In this document: positions 1 through 11,749 of the stretch, piece after piece
Position numbering within the stretch: position 1 is the stretch's first letter
Layout: every line of letters starts with the position of its first letter
Assembly (NCBI GenBank): GCA_001599295.1
Contig: BCGN01000004.1
Coordinates: 1,489,676 to 1,553,675, forward strand
Source of the DNA: Sporopachydermia quercuum
Taxonomy: Eukaryota
Direction: 5' to 3'
Length of the DNA: 64,000 nucleotides
Position numbers and translations under genes: made by a program
Notes under the pieces: model-generated
What the model saw: only the letters and a program-made list of their open reading frames with translations
Database searches by the model: none
What the model was told of the DNA's origin: nothing

Positions 1-2
1 TT

Positions 3-233
3 CTTCAAGATGGTTCCATGACCATCACTATCAACAAGAATCAAGAAATATGTCAAATTGCGAAGATTGGAGGTCTACCTGTTGATGGTATAAAGTTATT
101 GGAGTGTTCCAAAATTGCATATGAACAATGTCTGAAAATCACAGATCTGATCATAAGTTCTGTTAAAGTCGATGAGGCAATTCGCTTGAAGGGAAATATC
201 AAAGAAGAGCTCAATGCTAGTCATAGACGATGA
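3..233 (+). CDS. RRP45: Exosome core subunit Rrp45, C-terminal fragment (5' end outside window)
   Basis: Frame open from the window edge: LQDGSMTITINKNQEICQIAKIGGLPVD resembles the Rrp45 C-terminal RNase PH segment (DGxLTVTLNKNREVxQxSKAGGLP). Confidence 0.85.
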   Translation, partial: LQDGSMTITINKNQEICQIAKIGGLPVDGIKLLECSKIAYEQCLKITDLIISSVKVDEAIRLKGNIKEELNASHRR

Positions 234-926
234 TCTATAAGGATCAGCATAGATTTTCTACAGACACGGTGTATTATACATAATATAATTTTCATCCACC
301 CATCTTTTTTTGCATTATTTTTTCTCCTAGAGATACCTGCTTCAATCGACATGAGCATTCTAAGCCTATGCGTGATACGGTTCCTTCCATCGGTCAAAAA
401 CACTTTTTGTTCCCTTTCTTTGTATTGAACCCTCCAAACTATCGAATGTCTCATATACTGCAAACCAAGATGTAGAGTTAGATCATATTAATTATATGCC
501 TTCTGTAAATTCTCCCAATGTTGTAAATCGATTTTGCAATACAATCGCTTCCCCAAGTTTCCACATAATATTCAGACCCTTTCTAATCAAAAAGTCACCC
601 CGTTGTCCAATATCCCAGAGGGATCTAATTAAGTCAACCAAACCCTAACATCATTCATTACCTTTTTGTGGCATAAGTCTCTCCTCTAACAAAAGCTCAT
701 CAGGGATAAAAGATCATTCGTTTCGCTATTCAATCACGCGATAAAACCGATTAAATGCTTTTAAATGATTGTTGATAATACAAATGGATGCAGCGGTTGG
801 TTTAAAAGCTTGATTAAATGTCTGGCTATTAGTCCACGTTTTGATTCGTTGTCCTTGAATATGCTCAACTACTAGTTTTTTTGACTGCTGTTAGATGGAT
901 AAATAACAATCGGAGTTACGCAATTT

Positions 927-2918
927 ATGCAATCACGAAAGATGACAGGTTCAATTCTCATTCAACAACTTTCAGCGAAGTTACAGCAATTCAAGTTGAT
1001 TGATAAATTCAGAATTTTTGATATTTCTCAGTATATTAATATAAGTACAGCATTTTATGTCTTACTACCTGCTTTACTAGCTCTCTACCTCTATATCCAT
1101 GTTTCAGATAAATGGACTGATGTTCATGAGTTAAGTTTAGCTGCACAGTCCTCTATATCAAACAGCAGACATAGAAATGAGACTGCAGTTTATAGAAATC
1201 ATGAAACAGGACATGGACTACCACTTTTATCTGGCTTGCAACTACCCTATGGTTATAGATTGAGAGATGGAAATGTCAAAGATTTCTGGAAGTTATGTCA
1301 AACGAAGAACACTACAGTTCAATTCGTGAAAGATGGATTTATCAGTTGCAAGATTGGCACTCGGCAGTTCTCGACATTACTGGAAGTTGTTAAAAAGAAG
1401 TCAAACCGTATTCGACAAGCAGTTGGCGCAGAAGAAGACATCAGAAACACAATTATTGCTATTTGGATTCATCCTTCGTCTTTTCTTCAAATTGAAGTGT
1501 TCTCTTTTGTTGTTGGATGTTTGATAACTGATATCACAGTTCGCTTCATAGATCCAAATATTGAGAAAGTACAGAACGGTTTGTTAAATGAAGTCGATGT
1601 ACTTATTATTGATAACACTATACATAAACTTGTAAAATCTCAACTGCCAGAGAAATTGGGTTTAGCAATCTTATACCCTGCAAATGAGAACAACAACGTC
1701 ATAGTAAATAATGGTAAGATAGCAAAAACAAAAGTGGGGACTGGTAGTAGAGATGAAGATGATCAGTTTGACACTGCTGATCCTGAAGAATTTTATGGAT
1801 TTGGTGAAGAAGATGTATTGCAAATCACCAATCTGATGGAATATGCATTTGGCCCTAGTTTTGATGATGATGCCGATAATAGCTCAGATTATGGATTTGT
1901 TATTGATGATCAATTGAGCGCGCTCCCTGAAACTATTTACGATTACGAGTACACTTCAGATGAATTCAGCACTCGTTTCGAAATCGTAGTAAATGGCTCG
2001 CCGTCTCAAAAGGTATCTTTCAATGATACAAATATTGCTTCTGCTGTTGCTGCGATATTGAAACAGCTACCTGAACAACATAAATGGACTTCTTCTGATA
2101 CTGTATTGGTTGTTGGTGATTTATGTGAAGTCAACACGTGGATTAAGATATTTGCTGCTTTAGTTTCGAATGCGAAACTAATCATTTCTCCACCTGAAGA
2201 AATGAGTATAGGCCTCTTATCTCAAATTGATGCTACTATTTTATGTTTAGATAAACAGTTGCTTCTACCAGTTTTAGATGAAATCGACTCGTTATCTTTT
2301 TGGGGAAGATATAAGTTCAATAGAAATCTGTCGTTTCTTTCTAAGGGTGTTTTCCCGTATAAACAGGATGGCTCTGTGCTTCCTGAGTTCCGGCATGTAA
2401 GATTGATCCATGCTAGCGAAGAAGCAAAGAAAANTGTCAAAGTGAAAGGTGTTGAGTATGCATCTTCGCTATTGACTACTTCCACTTTGGATCTAACCAA
2501 AATACGTGCACTTACTGGTGCCAGAATTATTTTCTCTACAGAACTGCCGCTTGAGTCATGTTTAATAGGGCCTGTTATACAAACAAGTATATATGATTAT
2601 AGAGTGATTAGAAACTACTTGTCCACATCCAGTTTGGTTCGAGCTGGAGCTTATGAGTTAAATGGTGTGATTTCACCTAATTTGGAATGTAAAGCTGTTT
2701 CAAGCGGTGATTATTCGGTTGAGAATAAACAAGCACCTGTTGGAAAGCTACTGGTGAGAGGATGGCCTATTGGGCAGAAGAAAGATATAATACCCCAATC
2801 ATCTACTATAGAGCCTAATTGGAAACAGAGCATTACTGAAAAGCGAACAGTTAGTTGGTCATCAACAGAATTGCTTGTTACATTTGGTCATGATGGTTGT
2901 ATTTATAGAGTTAGATGA
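927..2918 (+). CDS. Degenerate acyl-CoA synthetase-like protein with N-terminal membrane anchor (ANR2/YKL047W-like)
   Basis: 663-aa ORF with a hydrophobic helix near aa 40-58. QSSIS..R..ETAVYR..GLPLLSGL..YRLRDGN resembles my recollection of the YKL047W family; FNDTNIASAVAA and GKLLVRG resemble AMP-binding-fold segments. Confidence 0.6.
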   Translation: MQSRKMTGSILIQQLSAKLQQFKLIDKFRIFDISQYINISTAFYVLLPALLALYLYIHVSDKWTDVHELSLAAQSSISNSRHRNETAVYRNHETGHGLPLLSGLQLPYGYRLRDGNVKDFWKLCQTKNTTVQFVKDGFISCKIGTRQFSTLLEVVKKKSNRIRQAVGAEEDIRNTIIAIWIHPSSFLQIEVFSFVVGCLITDITVRFIDPNIEKVQNGLLNEVDVLIIDNTIHKLVKSQLPEKLGLAILYPANENNNVIVNNGKIAKTKVGTGSRDEDDQFDTADPEEFYGFGEEDVLQITNLMEYAFGPSFDDDADNSSDYGFVIDDQLSALPETIYDYEYTSDEFSTRFEIVVNGSPSQKVSFNDTNIASAVAAILKQLPEQHKWTSSDTVLVVGDLCEVNTWIKIFAALVSNAKLIISPPEEMSIGLLSQIDATILCLDKQLLLPVLDEIDSLSFWGRYKFNRNLSFLSKGVFPYKQDGSVLPEFRHVRLIHASEEAKKXVKVKGVEYASSLLTTSTLDLTKIRALTGARIIFSTELPLESCLIGPVIQTSIYDYRVIRNYLSTSSLVRAGAYELNGVISPNLECKAVSSGDYSVENKQAPVGKLLVRGWPIGQKKDIIPQSSTIEPNWKQSITEKRTVSWSSTELLVTFGHDGCIYRVR

Positions 2919-3631
2919 GTTAATCAATATATGAACGGGAATGAATGAAGAATAGGGCAACGATCAATAAAGAAGGTGTAATGACAATATATTACGAAAT
3001 CCAATATTTGATTTGAGTATAAATAAGAGTTTCCTGCAATATTCTCTACGAGTATCAAGAGAGCTTCGAAAGTTTTATCTGTATATATTTTGTATTGTTT
3101 TCAACAACATGCAATATGGAAATACCAGAACTATTTTCAATAAAAAGAATCAATACTTCAAATTGAAATCGAAGATTTTTCTCAATAAAAAGACTTTAAG
3201 AAAAGCAAACGAGAACAAGAACAGTTGTTCTTCATATAAGATAAACGATTCCTTCTGAACAAAAGAAAATGTAAATGCCCTTGATGAGATATTTGGTAGA
3301 ATTTATAATGAAAATTGAATGAGTATACAAATGATAATGAAAAGTAAGAAACAATGATTTAAAAAGTAAAGTGGAACAGAAATTGTATGCAATAAAGATG
3401 ACTAGGAAATGAAATATGCTCCTTTCTTTGGCACTCACACCATAGATGCAGCTACAATGATACAAAAGAAGAAAGACGTCATGAAAAGAAGTATCATAAT
3501 AACAACACTAACGATTCAATAATAATACTGATGTAATCAATCAAATGCCAATGATCTCGAATAATTCAGAATCTTGGTTTGAAATCAAATAATTTCAATA
3601 GATAAGTGTTTAGCTCTGCAGAGTATTTATT

Positions 3632-5239
3632 TCACCTTATAGTACTAACCATCTTCATATCTTTTCCTATTATGCTCATATCAGTATTCTTCTTAGTATA
3701 AGAGCTATTAAAGAGCTTCCAGAATTTCAAGTTCTCATCTGCGGCTGCTGTCGCGAGCGTTGTTCCATCTGGTGAAAGACTGGAATAAAGAATTCTACTC
3801 TCATGTGCATTCACTTCAAACACTTTGTTCAAGTTAGAATAATTCCATAGAATTAACTTATTGTCAGGATAGCCATGAGTAGAAACAATTTCCTTGTTAG
3901 TAGTGCTCCATACCAATGAAGTAACTTGAGACTCAGTTTCTATAGTATTTAATCTTGAACCAGTAGTTGTATTCCAGAAATGAATCTTCTTATCAGAGGT
4001 ACCCCCACCTGTAGCTAATAAATTACCTTGCCAGGGACACCATGCTAAAGCTTTAACAGCAGCAGTATGATTAGTTTTAGTTATTTGAGGAACGATTTGT
4101 CGTTTATCCCAAATATTAACTACATTATCGTTTCCACCACTTGCCAATTGACATCCATCTTCTCTCCATTTCAATCCGCAGATTTCTCCATGATGATTAC
4201 TTAGCTCTGCAATTTTATGCTGGGCAATTCTAACATCATGATTCCAAATAGAACCGTCTTGAGCACCGGACGATACTAAATGTTTAGACCATGATAGAGC
4301 ACCAACTCTTGTTAAATGGCCTTGCATAACTCTTAATTTTGATTGTTCTTCGACATCCCAAATCTCAACTTCTCCTTCAGAAGTTCCAATTGCAACATAG
4401 GCCCCATCTTCCGACCAAGAAACACTTGATACATATTTATTAGGAGTTAACTCTGCCAATAAGTTTGCTGAGCCTGAAGATGCATCCCATACATAAACAC
4501 ATCTGTCTAAACCAACGGCAATTTGATTGTCGCATGACCAGTCAAGCAAGTTCAAATAATAATCATCAATTAAACCAGGAGCATCTAAAACTCTTTCTGG
4601 AGTAGTGGAGATTTTTCTTCTGGTAGTAGCAGAAGTTGTTGATCTTGTTGCTTTGGTATAATGTGAGTGTAAATCAAGCGGCTTATTTGATACAGGCGCT
4701 GGTGGTTGAAATTCAAGAATTCTAGTAGATTTCAAGTTATAACCACATGCTTGAGCAACAGAAGCTCTAAACTCAAAATTGGGAGAGTTCAATGTCGAGG
4801 AGATGTTTATGTTGTTAACAGATAACTCTGATAAGTTGGAAGTTGAAGTTCGAAGAGTGAAATCAAGTTTATTAAGACCTGTTGAGACACTTGGAATGTA
4901 CCGATCTCCACAATGCCTTTTAGCTGATTTGGAAGGTGAAGAAGGCTCAGTCGTTCTACCCGGTGTTCTTCTGTTAGCACTATAAGGTGTCTTTGGTTTG
5001 GATTGACCGGTTAATGTCATATTCCAATCATTTTTCACAACATTGAATCTTATTGGAGTATTGGCAATAAGCGATTTTTGACTCGCCTTATTTTTCGGTG
5101 TGGTAGCAGTAGAAGCAAGTTTTCTAGATACTTTTCTCTTAGGTGACATATAGAAAGAATCCAAGGTATCATTACTTAGACTATAACCATTGTTGGTTTT
5201 CGATCTTTTCATGTGAGGTGAGCTTCTTAATGATTCCAT
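3632..5239 (-). CDS. CDC20: APC/C activator Cdc20/Slp1 (WD40)
   Basis: C-box DRYIP, RILEF Mad2-binding-like motif, PERVLDAPGLIDDYYLNLLDW, AVKALAWCPW and a C-terminal IR tail. Confidence 0.95.
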   Translation of the reverse strand: MESLRSSPHMKRSKTNNGYSLSNDTLDSFYMSPKRKVSRKLASTATTPKNKASQKSLIANTPIRFNVVKNDWNMTLTGQSKPKTPYSANRRTPGRTTEPSSPSKSAKRHCGDRYIPSVSTGLNKLDFTLRTSTSNLSELSVNNINISSTLNSPNFEFRASVAQACGYNLKSTRILEFQPPAPVSNKPLDLHSHYTKATRSTTSATTRRKISTTPERVLDAPGLIDDYYLNLLDWSCDNQIAVGLDRCVYVWDASSGSANLLAELTPNKYVSSVSWSEDGAYVAIGTSEGEVEIWDVEEQSKLRVMQGHLTRVGALSWSKHLVSSGAQDGSIWNHDVRIAQHKIAELSNHHGEICGLKWREDGCQLASGGNDNVVNIWDKRQIVPQITKTNHTAAVKALAWCPWQGNLLATGGGTSDKKIHFWNTTTGSRLNTIETESQVTSLVWSTTNKEIVSTHGYPDNKLILWNYSNLNKVFEVNAHESRILYSSLSPDGTTLATAAADENLKFWKLFNSSYTKKNTDMSIIGKDMKMVSTIR

Positions 5240-5784
5240 TATGAGAAATTGAATCTAGCTTGATATAAAATAAAAGTGAATATAATCAAGAAAGCAATGT
5301 TTATGAATTTTTGCCTTAGGGAATAAAACTAAAAGCAAACTTCAAACAACAGAGCAGGATTTGTCAAAAGATGAGGACAATTGGTACACTATGATTGATT
5401 GACTTGTGAAAGCAGAAGCGAGAATAATGTTTTTTTTTTGATATATTTTTATTTTATCTCTTCTATTGAAGGAAACGCTGTCAATTCTTGCCCGCAAGAA
5501 TTGTATTATTTGTTTCAATCAAATGTCAAAGGACCAGCCTCGACTGAAGAGTTTTATTGAATGAGTTGTTACTGAGAGTTTACGTTAGAATTTTAATAAT
5601 TCTTAATGATTTTTCTAAAGAAATTGGTTCTAAGAACTAAAATTGAATGAATTAGAATACGTTAAGTAAAAGAGTCAAAGAAGAGATGTACTGTCTTTTC
5701 TATATATAATCTCTTTGAATAAAAGTGATCAGAAAATTTTGAAATCATTTTAATAGTGATNTAGTGAAGATTAATTGGGTTATT

Positions 5785-5876
5785 TGTTTATGTTTAGCTT
5801 CAATAGGAAAGTTTCAATTATTAGCCAAATTAGGAAGTCCATCAAAAAAGCTCCAAGAAATTAGTTGAGTAAACAA
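5785..5876. promoter_or_regulatory. Mcm1 CArG box flanked by forkhead sites upstream of CDC20
   Basis: CCAAATTAGG at 5825-5834; TGTTTAT at 5785-5791; GTAAACAA at 5869-5876. Confidence 0.6.
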
Positions 5877-6394
5877 CAAAAGACTGGGGGGTGCTAGCGG
5901 ACGTTATAAGAATGGAGCGACGCGGACAGGCAGACTATGAGAAAAGAAGGAAAATAAATGTGATAGTTGACTTGTAAGTGCTGAAAACTACTACTCTTTC
6001 GTCTGTAGTACAATAATCAAATAAAGAAATTATTGAGATGATATTTAAGGTTTTTGACTGGTACAATGCATTAAATCAAAGCTGANCGGAAGGAAGTATT
6101 CTACGACTCTTGAAGGGACATAATCTTACAGCAAAACTGTCCAATGAATACAATTCTCTGTAGATTATTCACTATTCACTCTTCCATTCCAAAACATTAA
6201 AACGTCTAAAAAACTCCATTGTTTCCTAGAATCAATATTAGATACTAATTAATTCTTTTCTATTAGTATAATGTTTAGTTCTTACTTTCTATCTATTCAA
6301 ACACCCAAATTTCACAACCTCATTTTCGCTTTCTCAGCTCATTATTTACTTTCCTACCTACCCTAACCTAACCAAAACACAAGACTCTCTTATA

Positions 6395-6436
6395 ACGCGA
6401 AACATCCGTCTCCAATTTTTATTTCTTCGNACGCGC
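6395..6436 (+). promoter_or_regulatory. MCB/SCB-like G1/S elements upstream of ORC3
   Basis: ACGCGAAA at 6395-6402 and ACGCG at 6431-6435 in CpG-poor DNA. Confidence 0.45.
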
Positions 6437-6675
6437 ATGCAAACCATTTTTCACTTATCCTATCAATTCTCATAGTCATTGCTTTTTTACCCGATGAATT
6501 ATCAATTGAAAAAAGGAATCCAAGTTTTGTTCTATTATATATATATATATTTATTTATGAAAACTAACATTTAGATCCATGTCAATAACTTAATTTATTT
6601 TCAAGTTACTATTTTTCTCCCTGTTTCTGGTTGAATAGTTCTTTTCCGCTGCCCATTCACTGCTTGCTTCTGCCA

Positions 6676-9098
6676 ATGATGGAAGGGCGTACAATAAGTG
6701 ATGCCCAGAAGACATGTTTCTTCCTTGATAACGAATCAATTTTGAATAAGCGAAGGAAAGAAAATAGTAAACCGGATAAGCAGTTCAGAACAGAAATTGC
6801 CTCTTTAGAAGATAAAACTATTCCTTTCGTTTGTTTACTTGGTGGTGAAGAGCCAATTGAGAATGTCAAAAAAAGATACAGGACTTATACTGAATCATGG
6901 AATGAACATCAGAAGGTTATCGACGTAAGTTTTTTTTTTTTTTTTTTTCCTTCTTTTCTTTGCTCTCTATTGATTCAGAAAACAGAAAGATATATGAGGA
7001 AACTGAATAGAATAANTATATTTTTCTAACAAAGTTTTTAATTAGCAAATTCTGTTTCAAGCCAATGAACAAGTAACTGACGATTTACTTGATTTCGTTC
7101 AAGCGCCATTCAGCAACCATGACAAATTGAACGCAGCCTTAGTTTTCCCTGGTGCGAATATTGCTAATCATATACGGCTATTTAGTCAGTTGACAGGAAA
7201 ATTAGATGATGNTCCTCATATAAAGCCGGTAAATTTGAAATCTAAAGAATGTATTAATCTTAAGGTGACAATGAGAGATATTATCATCAGATTAACAGAA
7301 CATCAGCAGCAGCAAAATATCTTATCAATAGACAAGAAAACTGAAGACATAAACGATTCTGAAGAGGATTATGAAGATTCTGACGAGGATGAAGGCCCTC
7401 GGAAAAAGAAATATAGAAAGAAACTGCTAACCAAGAAAGAAGATAAGGAGTCTTTTGATGAGCAGGGAGAAGAAGGTGAACTGAGTAGATATGACAAACG
7501 GTTACGTTATGATTTTGATATTTTGCAAGATTGGTGTAAAACGTTTACTAATCAAGAAAATATGAGAGTTGTTTTGGTTATTGAGGATGCTGATTCATTT
7601 GATATTGATGTTTTAGCTCAAATTCTTGATATGACATAGTAAGTTGTGATTCTATTGCATTATGCTTGCATGCTTCTATATTTTTGCAATTGAACCTATT
7701 GTTACTTTTCTCAGTTTTTGTTATTAACGGCTTACTCATCAAACCAGTGCCTACAGAGAAACAATTCCTTTCAAGGTAATCTTGGGAATTGCTACGTCTC
7801 TAGAATTTTTCCAAGAAAAGCTACCGAGAGAAACAGTGAGATCCATATCAGGTATACGATTTGATGCCAGCGATCCAGAATCAATTATTAATGAATTATG
7901 TAGGAAAGTCATTCTGCGATATGACGCACATTCATTACAATTATCTCCAAAACTAATAGAATCCATTCTCACTAGAAATCGAAACTCTTTAAAAAGTATT
8001 GATGCATTTGTTTCATCATTGAAATACGCTTTTATGACGTTTTTCTATTCATCACCTTTGAGTGTCTTACATCTGTCTAGAGCTTCCGACAAAGAGTTAA
8101 GCAAAACCATTGATAAATACTTTACACCCATTCATTATAGAACAGTGAGAATGATGCCTAGTTTTAGAAGCCACGTCGAACGACTAATTGAAGATGATAA
8201 CAAGACACAATATATACGCGACTTGCTCAAAAATGATAAAGCATTAAAAACTTTCATCATTGAATGCTTGCGATGTTTATATACTTCTAATTATCTACTT
8301 ATTCAAATAACGAAAATCCTTATGCAAATCAAACGATTTATACCTGCAATCTCTCATATGGCACATATTGAACTATATCTTAGTTTACAAGGAAAGAGCA
8401 CTTTCCAAAAAGAATTAGCAGAACAAATTAACACTATGCCTGCCGGTGACCTTCAGTCAGTATTGAATGAAAAGGACACTTTATTGAAATCCCTAGCTGA
8501 AGATGCGCCTGGTGAGATTGTTGAAAGTATGAGAGATGCAATGGATGGTTCTTTCCAAAGTACATTAGTAGAGTGGCTGAATGTCACTGCATTACAACAT
8601 CTACCATTGCATGAGCTTGTCACCATAGACACATCATCTTTGGAGTCTAATGTGTTTTATCCACGATATAGAAATGCTATCACCACAGCATTAATATCAC
8701 CGAGCCATTACCTGAACTATGAGTCATCTCAGCCAGAAGGATTTCTTCCTTTTATATCAACACTGTACGTTTTGTACAGGGAGTCGAGTGTGTTTATTAA
8801 CGTATATGATTGGTATATTGCGTTTAAAGGAACTCTTGATAGAGAAAAGCTTCAGGAATTTTTGGATTCTTGGAGCAATAAAGGACTTTCAAACGATGAC
8901 AACAAGAAGACCAGTAGTAATATTGAAACTGGCGTTATAGAAGAGCTGAAGAAGAAGGTGAGGATTGAAGATGAATGGGATAAAGTAACATTAGCATGGT
9001 TTTTACAGAGTGTTGCAGAATTGAAGTTTATGGGTATAGTTAAGGAGTGCAAGAAGAAGTTTGAATGTATGGAGAAAGTAGTATGGAAGGATTTGTAG
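6676..9098 (+). CDS. ORC3: Origin recognition complex subunit 3; exons 6676-6924, 7046-7638, 7748-9098
   Basis: Three ORF pieces join in frame after removing two introns. Orc3-like motifs: PFVxLLGGEE, GANIANH, LRYDFDILxDW, EDADSFD, GIATS, LYRES..IN.YDW, AWFLQSVAELKFMG. Confidence 0.9.
6925..7045 (+). other. ORC3 intron 1
   Basis: GTAAGT, long poly-T, TTCTAAC, TAG; phase 0 and restores the frame. Confidence 0.85.
7639..7747 (+). other. ORC3 intron 2
   Basis: GTAAGT...CAG; phase 2 (TA|T = Tyr). Branch point is non-consensus (TATTAAC or TACTCAT). Confidence 0.75.
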
Positions 9099-9292
9099 GT
9101 ATTTAATATCTAGTGCAAATAGGTTATGAAGGAGAATAATAATATGATAAATGCAACAACTTCTAATATCTGATATTCACATAGTAGTCATTTTCTATTA
9201 TATATATGTTTATTACCGTTATATATGCTGGCAATTGAATTTTTGGTTTTTACACATCAACAAATGCCCTCTTTTTATCTTCTTCATTCATT

Positions 9293-10780
9293 TCATTTCA
9301 AGCTAATATCAAACTTCTTGAATAAAATAACAGCAAGAAACAACGAAAAGAACAATCCCGAAACAAATAATGGCTTCAATAAGAAATCCTCAGTTGTGTA
9401 TCTATATTCAACCAATACATCAGCTCTAGCATGGTCATCAACCAGATTGTTGTAGTGTAATGTCAACTGGGTATGTCCTTTGGTATCTAAATATGATTTC
9501 TTCAAAGACACAGACGAGCTCATGAATTCAATAGGTGAGGCATATGACACAATTTCGGCTCCTTCTGGTAATAAAAAGTTCAGTTCAATATTACCGTAAG
9601 CAATATCCCTGATGGATTCTAATAAAGGGACTTTCACAACGTATGTATCAGTGTTAGTTTTCCTTAACCATAGTGATAAATCTGATGACCAACCAACAGT
9701 GAAGTTATATTTCCATCCACCAAAGACGGGGAACCGTGGTTTTATAGTGAAAACAGCTTTATCGCTTCCGTGGTTCAAGAAATTAGAGGTTGAAACGTTT
9801 CCTACTAAATCCGTGAAATAAGGCTCTCTAACAGCTGATCTAAGAACCAAGTCGACTTTGGTAATAGCAGGTGAAGGCACATAGTTATAGAATCCCTTTT
9901 GCCAGTCTAATCTAGAGAAAGCATTGCCTTTCAAACCCACTGCATTATTGGTGAGATTGTATTGTTCTTCAATTGATAAAGAAGAACCCCAATGTGAGAT
10001 CCACACGTCACGCTTCAAAGAATCAACGTATAATAAGGGAGCATTATGCTCGTAATGTAAGAATAATGGTACTTTGGTTAAAGGTTGAATATTGTTGTAA
10101 ATACCGTAAGTTAAAGAATCATCCACTTGTTTACCTAAAAACTCAGGAGGTGTTGGAGCACCACCTAATTGCAACTCTTTAGCTGCTGCTGATATACCTT
10201 TAATTTGAAGTAATGATTGAGCAGTTGGATACAATGAGTATGGTAGTTTATATGTTGTTAGTAATAAATGTGGAGTTTCACCCAACTTCACTTCTTTTGG
10301 TAATGCTTGTAAGATATTGGTATAAATAGAAATTAAGGAAATTTTAGTTTTTTCTCCAGTCTCTAGAGCTGTAGGTAATGTCATCTTAATGAAAGGTAAT
10401 CCAAATTTTGATTCGACTCTTTCGCATAATACTGGACTGTTTGACGGTTTTTCCACTGCTTCACTCAATGCTAAATGATTGAAGAAATCAGAGTCCAGCA
10501 AGTAAAAATAGGTGTTTTGGGATTCCCTCCCAATGTTCCTTATTTCCAACGACGTTATTTCTCTGATATAAGAGCCGGAAATGTCAACTTCTCTTTGGAA
10601 ACCCTCATTAACGAAGGCAGTGTAGTTGAGGTTTAGACCAATTGCGGGGTCTATCCATTCTGAGTTTTCAGACGTCTCTGTTGCCGATACAACAGTAACA
10701 AACTGTATACTGATAGTAATTGCTATCACCAATACTGTGAAAGCTCTATGGAAACTATTGAGACTGGAACCTATGATCAT
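9293..10780 (-). CDS. OST1: Oligosaccharyltransferase ribophorin I subunit
   Basis: First ATG at 10780, followed by a signal peptide; RDVWISHWG, YFTDLVGNVSTS, PRFPVFGGWKYNF, SYLDTKG and a C-terminal TM helix. Confidence 0.93.
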   Translation of the reverse strand: MIIGSSLNSFHRAFTVLVIAITISIQFVTVVSATETSENSEWIDPAIGLNLNYTAFVNEGFQREVDISGSYIREITSLEIRNIGRESQNTYFYLLDSDFFNHLALSEAVEKPSNSPVLCERVESKFGLPFIKMTLPTALETGEKTKISLISIYTNILQALPKEVKLGETPHLLLTTYKLPYSLYPTAQSLLQIKGISAAAKELQLGGAPTPPEFLGKQVDDSLTYGIYNNIQPLTKVPLFLHYEHNAPLLYVDSLKRDVWISHWGSSLSIEEQYNLTNNAVGLKGNAFSRLDWQKGFYNYVPSPAITKVDLVLRSAVREPYFTDLVGNVSTSNFLNHGSDKAVFTIKPRFPVFGGWKYNFTVGWSSDLSLWLRKTNTDTYVVKVPLLESIRDIAYGNIELNFLLPEGAEIVSYASPIEFMSSSVSLKKSYLDTKGHTQLTLHYNNLVDDHARADVLVEYRYTTEDFLLKPLFVSGLFFSLFLAVILFKKFDISLK

Positions 10781-11232
10781 TGTGTCTATAATGTCTATTG
10801 GTAGAGATCGGTGTAAATTACAAGGAGATCTTCCGCTGAAGGTGGTGTGAACTAATTTCTGTATGGAAGAATCGTCCCTGTTGTAGAGGAGTATCAATAA
10901 TTCTAAATCCTATCAAATTTTTCTTTAACTTGAACTGTAACTGACAGCCTAGAATGTATAATGCAATTATTCTTGTGACAAAAGAGCTTAGTACACGATC
11001 CTCTAATCCTACTNCAAATGAGACCTCAGATCAACCCTGCCTCTGACAGATTCTGTTTTAAATGAAACAACACCACAACAATTGAATACCAGTAACATAA
11101 ATCGGATTGACGGTTCATAAACAAAATCCTGTTCATCAGTCAGCCATACTTGATCTGCCAGTTGTTTAGAAGATTCCAATTGCTACTGGAACTTCATCTA
11201 TATGTGGATTTGATTTATCTGAATCACACTTT

Positions 11233-11308
11233 TACGTGTCACTTGATTAGGGATGAAAGGGTGTTAAAAAATATCAAGTGTCAGATCACGTGACCAATTT
11301 TCCACGTG
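11233..11308. promoter_or_regulatory. E-box/ACGT cluster in the divergent OST1-SFI1 promoter (Cbf1-like and UPRE-like)
   Basis: TACGTGTC at 11233-11240, GATCACGTGAC at 11284-11294, CCACGTG at 11302-11308. Confidence 0.5.
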
Positions 11309-11749
11309 AAGGTTTTATGGTTGTTTTTACAGACATCAAGTACTCGCGTTTGCTGATAAGTAAATCACTCTCTTTATGTACATAAGTAGAGAGTGACTCA
11401 GATGTACGGCATATCCATGAATACTCCTGTTAAGTTAATATTTATTGATATTTGAGCTGCTGTCATTGCTGAGAAAGAGGGAACGACAGTCTTATTGAAG
11501 CTTCAGGCTGTGCGTTGGTTTGTTTACGTTCGTTATAATAGAAGATAGTACAACAGAAGGAGACCATTTCATGTCGGTTCATCTCACATGATCAGATGAC
11601 ATAATTGACTTCAGTGGGATAAATTGAGATTATACTACTAAACAATATCTTTTCACTATTTTGTGTACCACCAGAGCTTCAAGGGAAAAGCTGTACAACT
11701 AGAAACATCAGTTAGTCAACGAATAGGTATGTGCTTCCGATAGACCTTC

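Noticed and set aside
636..652. Telomerase-template-like AACCCTAAC, and similar motifs at 6354-6373 and 29925
   Set aside because: Too short and scattered over several promoters; better explained as Tbf1-like sites.
6631..7782. ORC3 (and the DnaJ gene) as frameshifted pseudogenes
   Set aside because: All breaks are explained by GT-AG introns that restore the frame.
11284..11420. Point centromere starting at a CDEI-like ATCACGTG
   Set aside because: No very AT-rich CDEII and no CDEIII (TGT..TG..TTCCGAA) at the expected distance. The 30.3-kb and 43.6-kb elements have only about 25-30 bp between the E-box and CCGAA.
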